Shown piece after piece: positions 26,801 to 39,236 of a stretch of 64,000 bases of DNA. Below the pieces are notes generated by a model. That model saw only the letters and a list, made by a program, of their open reading frames with translations, did not search any database and was not told the origin of the DNA. The DNA lies in assembly GCA_012026655.1 (NCBI GenBank), contig JAAILG010000454.1, positions 1 to 64,000 of the forward strand, given 5' to 3'. This DNA comes from Hydrolagus affinis (Eukaryota). Each line of letters opens with the position of its first letter. Positions within the stretch are counted from its first letter, which is position 1. The position numbers were made by a program, and so were the translations under genes.

Positions 26801-29800
26801 ACCAAAATCCACCGGCTTGTGGAGGGTAAATGCAATTGGAAGTCATCCCTGCACTTTACTTTGTACAGAGTTTGCACTCTGGTGTGCACAAACCAACATA
26901 CTGGACTGGCCCTGTGCAAAACGTGACACAGCTCGTAAAACACGACACATTAATTGAGAACATTAATCATATAAATCGTGTTATCTTTCTATAAACACGG
27001 CTAGCGCTGGTAATTGTGGAGTTATTGGCAGTTAGTGAAATGCAAAGCAGCTATGACCAGCACTTGGCTGACTATATGGGTTTGGCAATTGGCTCCATTC
27101 CCTTCCATTCAGTTGTTCTGGAATGGGTGGAATGCAACCTAAAAGACACAACGTTCAGTCCCCTTTTTACATGGTTTTGGACGAACGTGAGCGGGAAAGT
27201 GTGCGGAAAATTGTTTACAGATAAAGCTAACACAATACATATGGCCCAGGTACAAGCCCCCGAGCAAACGATGAGTGGAGTCCTTACTGAAAAGCTCTGC
27301 CGATTACTTGCCTCTAAGCTAGTTGGCCGAGTAACTGACAGAGCAACCCTACCGCGTCAAATTAGGCTCCTGGCAACCTGCCATCGCATAAATCTGTATG
27401 ATTATACCGACTTAAGCATGAGAAAGTGCGACGCTCTTTAAGGCGTTGTATAACGCTCTGGTGTTGGGAACCTCTCCACATGCAACAGCCGTGTCTACCC
27501 TATTTACAAAGGCAGGTCTGCGGTCTTCTCCTCAAATGTCCCGCAAAGTACACTGTTGTTTTGTTGTTGCTGCTGTATTGTGCAAAAGTGAAACGCTTCA
27601 TAACTGTTAGCGTTTTATTGCACTCGAAGCCCAAGCCACCCACGTTAAACCACTTAAATTTTCTAAACCTATTTGCAGTCACTTTCAAGGAGGGGGGTTG
27701 GGGGGTTGGGGGGAGGGGGGGGGTTCTCAAACGAGAACAGCCGAACTGTCTATAGACATAAATGGATTTGTGGGTCAGGTACTGTTTAACCTCCTCAAAA
27801 AAAATCTACAGAAATGCGACTTTAATAAGGAAGAATTCGTAGAAGTATCCAGGCTTCTTCAAATAACCCCGTTTGGTACCCTTTTTGTTCATTTTGACCT
27901 GGAGACTAACTTAGTATGCATGGCAGGTCAAAAGAAGTCGATTTTCCAATATAATTTACTCTCTTGCATACAATATTGAGATGGAAGAAATTAGGTTTAT
28001 GACATGGCGTGCACAACGGTTTCAGCCTTTTCCGTGTTAAAACTGATGAAAGTAGCCTATTTTTTCTTATCAGTGAGTGTAACATTTTGTTTAAATTCAA
28101 ATTTTGCCTGCAAATAACAACGATACATTTTTGCAATCATTAACTTATTAAGATCGATAAACAGGGGTATATTTCTACAATGATTCCAGCAAATTTGATC
28201 ACGCAATCAAATATTACGTGTGTTGTAGGTAGTCAAAACTGGTCTATATAGTGGCGAATTTAAATACAGGAAGCACTAACAACGCAATGTTGCCTTTTGA
28301 AGTTGCGAATGATAATACAGTAGTCAGCCTGACTGCAACCAATGGATATTAACTTTAGGAAAAAAAACATACTGTGAACTGGGGGAACAATCCAATTGAT
28401 TATTGGCAATTGTTGAGTAAATAGTCCATGTACCATTTAAATGATGGTCTGGACAGTTATTGCAACATTGCCATTCGTGCTTTGAAATGAGTTTAAAAAG
28501 AAGGAAAAATTACAATGGCCTTTTGGTAAAAGTTGTGGAAGTCAAGAGGGTGAAGTGATTGGGAGGGTGCGATGCATATGCTGAATTGTATATGCAGGAA
28601 TTTAGTAATTTGCAAATCCCGTGGCAACTATACGCCTTCAAAGGCCTTCAACTCACTTCCCCTTGAATTATACATAGCGCAGTTTCTCCAAGAATCACAT
28701 AAAACTTGCCGACAACACTGTGGATGGGAAATGCTTTTATGAGATGTCCTTTTACACAAACAAAGAAAGCGAAAAAAAAGGCAAACGTTATTACATACCC
28801 AGTTCCTCCGAGGTAAATACAGTTGCTAGTCAATTTAAAGTCACAGATGGGGCGGATAGATTGGCAATAAGACAGGCACACAGATAGACCTGTACACAGA
28901 CACGTCCTGGGCGCTGGAAACCAATTAAATATTCCACCGCCCGTTTATATAATTTCAGAAATTCTTTTCAGACTACAGTAATTCTATTTGGTGTCCATGT
29001 TAACAAATGCCTAAGGTAATGTATTTAAAGAGCTCCTGATATGAATTAGACTGCACACCGCCCCTGGCGATCAAGAAGAGTCTGTTCCTCCAAGTGCTGT
29101 ACGTGCTACAAATCAACAGTCTGTTATTGAGTTACAGCTTTGCTAATGAGTGCCTCGCCAGGTGAATGATTTCCACTCCGCTAAGTACCATGGAAATGCA
29201 CCAAGATACAATAATATTTTGAAACACCTCAAAGTAAATGAATTGGACAGTTCTCATATTAATAAGAAGTGTGCTTTGTTAGAATTCCGCCAGACCACTG
29301 TCACAGTTTGCCCGCTCGGTTCTTAAATGCGCTTGTATTAAATCGTCTTTCGACCTACAGGAATTACAGTACTGTAGTGTGTTTACATCTCCATTAACAG
29401 CAATCAGACACGTCTGCTAACATATCACCGAAGGAACACGCATATCACAGTAAGAGCAGCGAATGTAGTGCGGCATGTGGAGGACTGCAGAATTAACACC
29501 GTACAGTACTATCCGGGGAAATAATCCTTCATCAGTGTTTGACATTTTCTGAATCTAATTAAAGTATTGCCTGTCCACAATCCTCCAAAGGTTAACCACT
29601 ATTACAGTCCAAACGGTGACTGTTTCTTCCACAAGGATACTTGCCCCTGCTTGCGTCAATTGTCTGCACGATCAGACAACAGAATACAATCCTCATAGGC
29701 CCCGGTGACATTCCAATGAAACACTCAGAAGACAGTTGCTTTTGTAAACATAAACGTCTGTTTAACAGTCATCTTAACGCAGAGACAACACTTCTGATTT

Positions 29801-30579
29801 TAGACGAGGCAAATATCAGAAACCACACAATCAAACAGTATACACTATACATATATATTTTTTTAAATTCCCATGTTATGCACAAAACTACCGAGTACAG
29901 TGTCAGACATTCACCTTTGGATACCAGTTCAATTAATGACCTTGCTTTTCTGACATCCACTCTTCATTCTGCACGTTTTGGGATTTGTTACTACTGTATT
30001 GTGGCTGTAATAATTCATTCATCTTATGCCATTGCCCAGACAGACCAATGAAACACTCACGGAGGTCACGCTTTTACCGGGGTGTAATGATCCTCAATAT
30101 CAGAGAACCAGCACCGCAAACAGACTTGCATTCATTCTTCCGGAATCACCATCAGACAGACAACTCGAGTCTGTGTTACTCAGCCAGGGAAGCGAACTGC
30201 ATACATTCCAGGCTGTGTGTGTGTGTGTGTGTGTGTAGAAAAATGGGAACTCCTACCTTTGAGTTTGCTCTGTGGGTATCGTTCGCAGTTTGAGGAAGGT
30301 TTTTAGGGAGGAAGCTTCCGAGTGGGTTAGTGTGATAATCGCAAATGGAAGGTGAGTAAAGTGGAGGTTTACTCCTCTCTGTTGCTTGGTGTGGCTCTCC
30401 AGACGCCATGTAACAGGACTGGATAGGACAGCTATAATTGGACAGGCGTCACCACGTGTCCTCCCTACACTATATTAGGAATATTTACTTCCTCTTTTGA
30501 GTAAAAGGTCTGCTATGGTGATCAGGGAGATCAGACAGCAATCAAACCAGAGACACACACCCAGCCACCCGGTTGAAGG

Positions 30580-30653
30580 ATGAACTCTTACCTGGAATAC
30601 GTTTCCAGTGCGGATATTTTGACTCTTCCACCCAAGTTTGGCCCCAGCAGTGG
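30580..30653 (+). CDS. HOXD1: HoxD1 exon 1, 5' part only (rest lost in gap)
   Basis: MNSYLEYVSSADILTLPPKF resembles the HOXD1 N-terminus (MSSYLEYVS...). The ORF runs into the N gap, so the hexapeptide and donor are not visible. Confidence 0.88.
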
Positions 30654-30753
30654 NNNNNNNNNNNNNNNNNNNNNNNNNNNNNNNNNNNNNNNNNNNNNNN
30701 NNNNNNNNNNNNNNNNNNNNNNNNNNNNNNNNNNNNNNNNNNNNNNNNNNNNN
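30654..30753. other. Assembly gap (100 N) inside HoxD1
   Basis: Run of N. Confidence 0.99.
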
Positions 30754-31025
30754 CTCCTTCATCAGCACAATGCCATGATGTAGAAATGATGTGGGGGTGA
30801 ATGGAGGTAGTTAGTGGAACCCGTATCTTGCCTGTGGTTTGATGCACTATTGGTGGTGCTCTTATCGTTTGGAAGTAACGATGAGGACTGAGTCGTGTGT
30901 TGTTATGTGTAGATCCCAATTTCTGATTGATAATAGCATAGTGATGGTAAAGAGTGAAACTTGTCTGGTTCCCACTCAACAACACTTTTATAACTTGTGT
31001 TTCTTTTTGTTTCTTTTTTTTGTAG

Positions 31026-31384
31026 CGAAAACAGCCGAATATGGGATTGCCAGCACACCCAGCACAGTCCGCACTAATTTCACCACCAAACAGCTCACCG
31101 AACTGGAGAAGGAATTCCACTTTAATAAGTATTTGACTCGAGCCCGCCGCGTGGAGATAGCAAACGCGCTTCAACTCAACGAGACACAGGTGAAGATTTG
31201 GTTCCAGAACCGCAGAATGAAACAGAAGAAGAGGGAGAGAGAAGGTCTGCTGGCCAGTCTGGCTTCTCTGGGCTGTAACCAGGACTCGCCATCCGGAGAG
31301 AGTTCGGATAAGTCAGACACTGCCTCGCCGTTGCCTTCCCCCACTGCACACAGCTCAACACCAACTCCAAGCTCAGTGTTGTGA
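31026..31384 (+). CDS. HOXD1: HoxD1 exon 2 (homeodomain)
   Basis: Long pyrimidine tract and TGTAG|CG acceptor. PG1 homeodomain [60 protein letters not shown]; stop TGA at 31382-31384. Confidence 0.95.
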
Positions 31385-32273
31385 CCTTATGAAACTGTAA
31401 CAAAAGCTTCAGGGAATCAAGCTTTCAATTCCAGATTCAAAAGAAACAAAGCCACGAAATGCGTTGATGCAATCTCCAGGCCATGAAGTACTGCAATCAC
31501 TTTAGTATACTTGACTATTTGGGGTATAGATTCTACCTAGGTATATATACACTGTATATATATATATATACGTGCAGGCGAAGTAGGCTGAAGTAGGCTG
31601 CTATTTGTATATATTTTGTGAGTTTTTTTTATTTCTGTGACTACTGAATTGGGTCACCATGATCAATGTACTGTATTTACCTTTACCTGGAATGTTATAT
31701 GAACAAACGGTGTTAAAAAAGCAAAAGACAAACGTGATCTATCACCCAACTGGTGGTACAAGACTTGGTTTTTCTTGAAACAAATTTGCACAGACAACAA
31801 GTCAGTCTTTCCAAGTAAAAGAGCCACCAAAAAAGGGCAGATTAAAGGCTGCAACATCTTCTATTTACTGCATTGCTAGAATTGCTGCTTTGTATTTTAG
31901 TAGATTGTTTTCTATTGATTTGTGTGTTGATGACAACGATGAATGTACCTTAGCTTGTTCGACTCGACTCCCAAGAATGAATGGACTTTGCACAATTTAT
32001 GCCTCAGGTTGAAAGATTCTGGTTGCTGCTATGTGTAACACTGTGCCTATCTGACGCTGCAATCTTTCACTTGTAAACTATGCTAAGTAGTTATCCTACC
32101 TCTGTTTACACGGTCTATTGGGGCTGACGAGGTTATTGTTTATCTGTTCTATTGTGAAATTGAGTTGGAAGTAAAACTCTGTATTTTCCATCTAGGAAAA
32201 AAAGTTTGTCAGCTGTTGTAAATATGAATGTTTACGATTGTATGCAACAGTGGGAACAAAGCAACAAATTTTG

Positions 32274-32279
32274 AATAAA
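32274..32279 (+). terminator. Probable HoxD1 polyadenylation signal AATAAA
   Basis: AATAAA ~890 nt after the stop. Confidence 0.45.
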
Positions 32280-34442
32280 AAAAACAGAACACATTTTGTC
32301 ATTTTGATTAGTAACGCAATTCCATGCAGCTTTGGTGTAAGCAATAAGGCAGCGCTGTTCCTTTCCAATCGAAACTGTTATTTTCACACCACTTTAAATC
32401 AATCAGCGAGTGATTTTCTGACCAATAGTCTAAAGATTCAACCCAACTATGTGATGGGATGTCTGAACTAAACTCGTGCATTTGAAGGATTACGCGCCTC
32501 TGAGGCTCATTGATATGATGTTTGTTATTATTATCACTTCATATTCCTCTTTGAAGATTATGGTTAAGTGATGCACTGAAGTCTTTACACTTGACATTTT
32601 AATCCACAATTATATTCTCAAACTTTCAATAGGAAGTGAAGCCAAGGAAAGGGATCGGATCTTTGCATTATTAACTAATTCTAATGAGTCTATTTTGATT
32701 GAACATCTTTGCTCAGCAGCTTCCTACTCAGCAATCAATACTGGGGAAAAAAACATGCATCTGCCTACTAAGCAGTTCCAGATAGACATTTCCATTTAAG
32801 TGTGTGTTTCTGAGCTGGATTGGTTTTATTTTAAACAAGTTTCATACATATATCGCTTTAGGTATAAGGCTCACTTTCACAAGGAAGGGAAGTAACTCAA
32901 AAGGAAACCCATCACTCTTAAGAAAATGAACCAACTGCTGAAAAAAACCTTTGAATTGTGTTAAATAGAACTCTTAACAACTCATTGCATCGAGAATTCC
33001 TTTAATAATATCTACGAATGGATAATCACGGCATTATTCTGTCCTCAAGACACAGTTGCCTTATTTAAAGATGGGTGTACATGGCTTTTAATTTGATTCA
33101 AGGCTCTCCTAGCCTTTAGTCCAGATTACTTGTAGTGTCTTAATCATCCATTTGAACTCTTGTTACAAGTTATGCTGACTCCCCTTTTACAAAAATTATA
33201 GACTATCACTACAAATAATAATAAACTGTTGCAATGGCCTCACCAGTTTCATATTCAGGTCGAGTCCTCAGCAAAACATAGATGTGTTTAAATGTGATTG
33301 TTGAACTGACAAATAACGTTGGAAAAGATACACTATGGTAGTGTAACATGTTACTGTAAAATGAAACACGCAGTTAGCTCGTTTCATCAGCTTTAGTCTT
33401 TGGTTCGTTGGAAAAGTTGAGGTTTCAGGGCCATCTTATGCAATTAGTGCGATTTTCGGCAAAGACGTTTTACACTTCAATGTGTGTGTAAGTAATAGAA
33501 GCAAATAAATCTCAAAAGACTTCGGCATTAACGGTGATATATGCAAAGATCAAACATATAAAGCAAACAGATTTGTGCCGGAAGTGATTTTTTAAAGCAA
33601 CACCAGGGAGGGAGGTGGGGAGGGAGAGAGAGAGTGGGGGTGAGGAGGGGGGAGTTGGTTGCACAACAGAAAGAGTCAGTATTTTCTCTCAGATGTTTCC
33701 AACATTTGGTCCTAACAGCTCTGTGTTAATGACAGTTCCACTAAAATAACACACAGCAGTCCTGGGAGTTAGCGGTGTTTCAAAGAAATGCTGAGGTCGT
33801 AAAATTCACAATGACCTCCTTGGGAATCGGCTCTGAGATCTTTTGATATGGAATTTACGATTCTTTGATGGTGACTCTCAACCCATATTCTCTATCTCGA
33901 GAAACGGCACCCTGTTAGACCCCTGAATCTAAACAAAGATGCTGTTTGCATTTTAAACTTTGCTTTAAGGCTCGCCCAACCAATATAGGTCGGCAGATTG
34001 GTTTCAAAGCTTTATATAAATTATACTATATATAGAAACATCGTAAGTAAGTAATGCTAGCTTACACCCCACCCCCCCACCCCCCACCTAGGAAATGACA
34101 TCTCCTAGTGCGATTGCATGTTATAAACTTACAGGTCTTTTCTGTTGGGCGCCTATTGTCTCCCTTTTATGTTATCATACCTCTGATCCTAGTTGTGATT
34201 ACTCCCTAAAGTCTCTGTAGACGGTGGGGGTGGTGGGGGGAGTTTTACTAGCACAATACGAAAACTGTTCGTAACTGTGGCTGTATTGTGAGGGTCACAA
34301 TAGTAGTTTTGCACTTGTTTGATATTCAGTTTTACTTCTGCCCGGAGCGGAAGGAGTATTCAATATTTACTCTGCCTGAGAAAAGGGGTTGTGGAAGGGT
34401 TAGCCAGAGTAGGCAACCCCACCGCCCCTCCCTCAGGAATTA

Positions 34443-34459
34443 GGTTCACTGAAAGTTCA
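34443..34459 (+). promoter_or_regulatory. DR5 RARE 3' of HoxD1 (GGTTCA-ctgaa-AGTTCA)
   Basis: Perfect DR5, one base from the classical Hoxa1 3' RARE GGTTCAccgaaAGTTCA (recalled), 3.06 kb downstream of the HoxD1 stop. Confidence 0.82.
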
Positions 34460-34642
34460 TGGAAATTGATCCAGGTTCTGAAACCCTCCTTGCGAATTAA
34501 TGTACGAACATTGTATATTTTTAAATATATATATTTAAAAAAGATAAGGAAATGTATGCTTATCTCCCCCCTTCCCCAAACCAGATTTTCACTTCACCAT
34601 CAGCACATGAAGTCGGTATGTACATGTCTTATCCTTATATAG

Positions 34643-34661
34643 AGTTAAAGGTCAAAGTTCA
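34643..34661 (+). promoter_or_regulatory. DR1 nuclear receptor element AGGTCA-a-AGTTCA (34649-34661), preceded by AGTTAA
   Basis: Two consensus half-sites 1 nt apart, 190 bp from the DR5. Confidence 0.5.
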
Positions 34662-36936
34662 CCTTAGTACTGCATAAATGAATATTTAATGTTACTTTAT
34701 GGCTGACGCACAATTGATATGCAGTTGTATAATGGCACGTATCACCTATGGGGCTTTCTCATCGTGTCGCTCAATCTTACTGACTGTTCTTAAATAAAAA
34801 AAATCAGATTTCCCTCTTGAATTGTTCAACAATGGACAGATAATTGAGTTATTTCGATATTTACAGTATGTGTTAGCGAGATAACTAGAGGGAACAGTGA
34901 GTTGCGACTCTAAGCCATATGCCTCTGATAAAGAAATGCAATATTGTACTGCAGTAGTAGAAACGTGGGTGAAAATAATCCATTTTAGGCATGGCTTCAG
35001 CAACATTAATATTGTTCCTTAACAGTCGTTCTATTTTGTGTACATTTATTGGTTTGACCTCGAAACGGGTAACGTTTCTTAGTTAAGAGAGTTCCTTAAA
35101 ATATGAACAACTGACATATTATAGCAGCGTTTCAAATTCCAGGAAAGTCATCCTATTGGAATTGTATGATTCGTGCAAATTACGCATGGCCCTAGATAGC
35201 AATATAAAACCATTGCCTCCCTATATTCCATGATAGCGATTAATGTCAGTCCTGATATTGCTCGAACCACATTCTTCGTAGCTTTTTTTTTAATTTCTGG
35301 GGTCTGTTGCTCAGTGCATCAAGCGACACTTGACTCAATCAAACTACAGTATTTATAATAGTTTCAGTTAAAGCTTCGGTGCAGCTCTTGAGTTTGATAC
35401 TCACATTTGTAGCAGAGAAAAAAACTCAACACATTACGTGTTTCAGGTGGAGCCGCCGTATCCATTGTGGCTTGGGTTTGCATGCACTGGACTTCCAAGT
35501 TTGCCTTCGGTTATTCTAGACATGTTTGCCTTTTAAAGTTCATTTTGTCACAAAGTGTTCGGCTCCAGGGGACAGCGCTTACTTTCCGCCGGGAACATTT
35601 ATCACAAACACATAAGTACAAATTCAGCCATGTCTGCTGTTCCCCTTGTAGATATATTAATATCATTTATGAGGTGCGAAGTGGAAGGGAGATGGCAACG
35701 CGTCTGGCTGTTTGAACAATAAACAGCTTAACTGTGCTACAATGGGCAATTCAAAAACTTCTCTTTATTAAGAAAAAAAATTGAATGTACTTTTTAAATC
35801 GCCTATTGGGGGTAGTTTAAGAAAAATAAGTTCGACTTGGAATTCCATATATTTCAAACCCGATTTACAATGGAACTGTATTGTAAATTTGATATGAAAA
35901 CAACAGTAAGTCAAACTTGCAAAATACATCAAATATACAAAAAAAATTGATGCTGATGGGCAAAGCCCTCCTCAGCATCCAAAAGACGATTTGGGACCAG
36001 ATACAGCCAGGGTTCCAGCTTCAAATCTATGTAGCATTGCAAGTGAAATTCCTCCTGCCACACTCCAGTATTGATTCAGGACTGAAATTGTAATATAAGA
36101 GCAGTTTCAAATCAATGATCCGATACTGAATCTTTTAAAATGTGATGGAGATGACTTCAGACACAGAACCATGCTGCAGGATATAAATGGAACCAATGCA
36201 ATAGCGAGTTTGAATTTTTCAGCTTCCAATTGATTTCTGGTATTATAAAAAAAACTTCAAACCGTTAATATTTGGAGTAACACACCGAGTTCCCCGCAGG
36301 CAATGTGCTCAGATATTGTATAGGATAAAATCCCTTAAGATGTGAGCAGACGTGATGGAAGATGTTCCCCCCCCCCCACCCCAAAAGAAGATTGTTGGAA
36401 GGCAAGAGTTATTCCACTTGAAATGCTTTATTGGAGCTAAAAGGTTCACTGAGAGCGAACAGTTGAAACGTAACTGTTCCAATTCTATTTTGAAACGAAT
36501 TGCTCAAGTCATCACATTAAAGACAATTGCAGGAGATGTGTGGATTAGATTGAAAGACTGCAGAGTGACTCGCTGGTATAAATCTGTTACATGATTTAAT
36601 TGGCTGAAACTGTTGGAAGCTATGTGCAAACGATCCTGAATAAACGCAAATTTTATCATTCAGAACATTAAAGCTGATTGATATATACAGAGCATCCATT
36701 TTGTTTACTCTTGGACGGGACATACACTTGCTCACATCAATGAATGGGAATGAAGGAAATAATCTCCATTGATCTTATTTGTAATAGACTCTCTCCTATG
36801 TTGCCTAGATTAAAATGAATTTAACGCAATCCAAGTGTTAAACTATGGGTACATTTGCTTCGCACGACTCACCTGACCAGACCTCTCGGTGTATTTAGTT
36901 ATATAATAATTGATTGAACCCAGACCAATATCTTAC

Positions 36937-37252
36937 AATAAATAATAATCCTTGCATTTGATATAGAGCTTCCATGTATTTTAGACGCCACAAATCGCTT
37001 CACAACATATACTGTACTGTAATGTGAATTGACTGTATATTTGCGGCAAAACGTGGGAGCCGATTGCGTACAGCAGAGTCCCCACGAGCAGTCGTGGATT
37101 GAAGTGATTAATTATTAACTTATTTTTTCTGGAGGGATTATTAACTGGCGTGTGGAGTAAGGAAACTTGACCAAGGTTTCGCCCTGCCTGGAATCGAACC
37201 CGGGTCTCTCGCTTGCGAGGCGAGTGCTCTAACCACAGAGCTACAGAACTCC
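36937..37252 (-). mobile_element. tRNA-derived SINE, near full length
   Basis: Minus strand starts GGAGTTCTGTAGCTCTGTGGTTAGAGCAC...GGTTCGATTCC (Pol III A/B boxes) and ends in an (ATT)n-type tail. A second copy is at 45974-46274. Confidence 0.85.
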
Positions 37253-39201
37253 TCGTACCTGACCTATAAAGTCAGGTACTTGGAATGCTCAGTAGATATG
37301 TTTATGTACAATGCTGCCCCATTAGTTTTTTGTTGTAACACATTAGCATTTAATTATCTCGCATTTTTGCTAAACAGGGAGGAGAGGTTACACCCCCAAA
37401 CCACACAAGGTATAGCAAGCTAGTGGGATAGGTTCATTTTTGAGAAGGACCATATTCGGAGAGGCACTAGGAGATATTAGTTTGCATAGATGATAACCGA
37501 CCTTCCTCATCCCTGGAACCAGTCACCAGGAAGAGTGTTAAAGGCAAAGTCATTCAAGATGACAAGTATGTATTTTAACCGGGTGAAGACAGGGCAATTG
37601 TATTGTGGGCGGATGAGATAGAATGGGCAAAGAGTTTCCATCTAAACCTGACCTGTAAATTCAAGAAGATTCTGCATCAAGTTTTCAACAGAGTTCTACC
37701 CAAGTGTATTTAAACGTGTGTGCATTGCTTCACTGATCACCCATCAATTCCAGCTGTTTTAAAATAAGACCAACAAGCTTTTGTGATAGTACATGTGCAG
37801 GTTTAGCATTTCTTCAAAATATAAAAATAGCAAACATTCCAATTGATGTCTCCACACCTTGGCTACCATAGGCACATTGTGTTTCAATAAAAAAAATGTA
37901 CATTATTAGAGAGAATTAGTGTTCGGATGCTTCAGTCTGAAATCCTTGGGACATCACAAGGGAAGGATCTGTCGTATTAATTCCAGCTAATTTAGTCTCA
38001 ATTGGCTTGTATTAATCTGGTATGTTTGCTTGTAGAGATCGCAAATGCAGCAACAATATCATGTAACTTGCTGCACTATCAACGGGGCATTGTGTTTTTT
38101 GAACAAAAATTTTGATAATTTGGGAATCAAATTGTATTGTAAATGGCGTTTGATCCCGGAGCAAGGCTCAAAAAACAAGATTAATGTTTTATTTTAAGCG
38201 TGGATTCGATCTGATCCTCCTCGGATAGCGGTCTGGCATTGAATTCCACGCTTGGGTGGCATATAACAGAAGGATTGTTACGTTAAAATGTGATTGTGGA
38301 TGTCGCATAAACCAATCGTTTTCAATTAGGTTGGCGAATCTATTACATTAGAATCCATTTTACCACCTATTTCGTATATACAGGGTATAATTGATTATTT
38401 TATTTTCGTATAACACAAACATTTAAAACATTTTTTTTCACTTAAGAAATCAAATGAACCACAGAATCCATCTCACCTCTCTCTCCTTCCCACCATTCCC
38501 TGTGTACATGTAGTTAGTATTCCCATATTATGCTGATTAATATATACGTATGGGATTTATCAGTAGTAAGAATCATATATTTGGGTTGGATAAAAAAATA
38601 CACATTGGTATGGGAATAGTTCCACTTGTACAATTAAATTCCCCCAACGATCCTTTAAAGTCTTTGTTTGTTCTTTGTATATTAACGCAATGGGCCAATA
38701 AATTAAAATTTGGATCCGCTTTGCAAAGCTTTTCATTTGAGGATATTACTGGTTAATGTTCCATGGATGTCGGGTAACTCAGTACAGTGCTTTATCGGGA
38801 TGGTTTCATGTCAGCAGCAATACAAGAGAAAGGCCTCACTCAGTACTCGTGGATGATTGGGAGTAGGTAGTGCAATGCTAAAGATAGAGATTTCGTTTTG
38901 AGTTCAATCCAGACAAAAAGTAAATTCTGATAAATACAAACCTAATTTGTGGCAATGTCTTAACACAATAGCAGAGAACTTAACACAGATTTCACGAAGG
39001 CCACTGTTACCTCGGTACATTTATAGGGGCAGAGATATTCCCAATGTACAATCGTTATCATCGTTAGAGTCACATAATGCTTGGAGAACCTTTTGATATT
39101 AAGCTTTGTTTTATGAAGGACGGGCTGGTGCTTTAACCTAAGTGCTGCAAAGGAAACAAGACCTGGAGTTGGTTATGTAAGTGAATTTGTTGCAATAAGT
39201 A

Positions 39202-39236
39202 GATTATTCCATAATTATTCCATAGATTATTCCATA
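39202..39236 (+). repeat. Tandem (g)ATTATTCCATA x3
   Basis: Three consecutive copies directly before the 51-bp inverted repeat. Confidence 0.85.

Noticed and set aside
27016-27441. 141-aa ORF between HoxD2 and HoxD1
   Set aside because: GTG start, no recognisable domain or homeobox remnant, no convincing exon structure.
27892-27933. 10-bp inverted repeat TTTTGACCTG...CAGGTCAAAA as a nuclear receptor element
   Set aside because: The 24-nt everted spacing of the half-sites fits no standard element and the repeat is short enough to be chance.
29055-29072. CTCF site (also 3108, 3747, 11770)
   Set aside because: Each needs a gap or several mismatches in the core consensus.
30839-31025. N-terminal part of the 181-aa ORF as HoxD1 coding sequence
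   Set aside because: It is intron read-through upstream of the acceptor at 31025; the real N-terminus is at 30580.
30542-31174. 210-aa antisense ORF over HoxD1
   Set aside because: It spans the N gap and is a shadow of the homeobox strand, with no recognisable protein.
37170-37252. tRNA gene (also 46190-46274)
   Set aside because: The tRNA-like part continues into a shared ~230-bp body and simple-repeat tail in both copies, so these are SINE heads.
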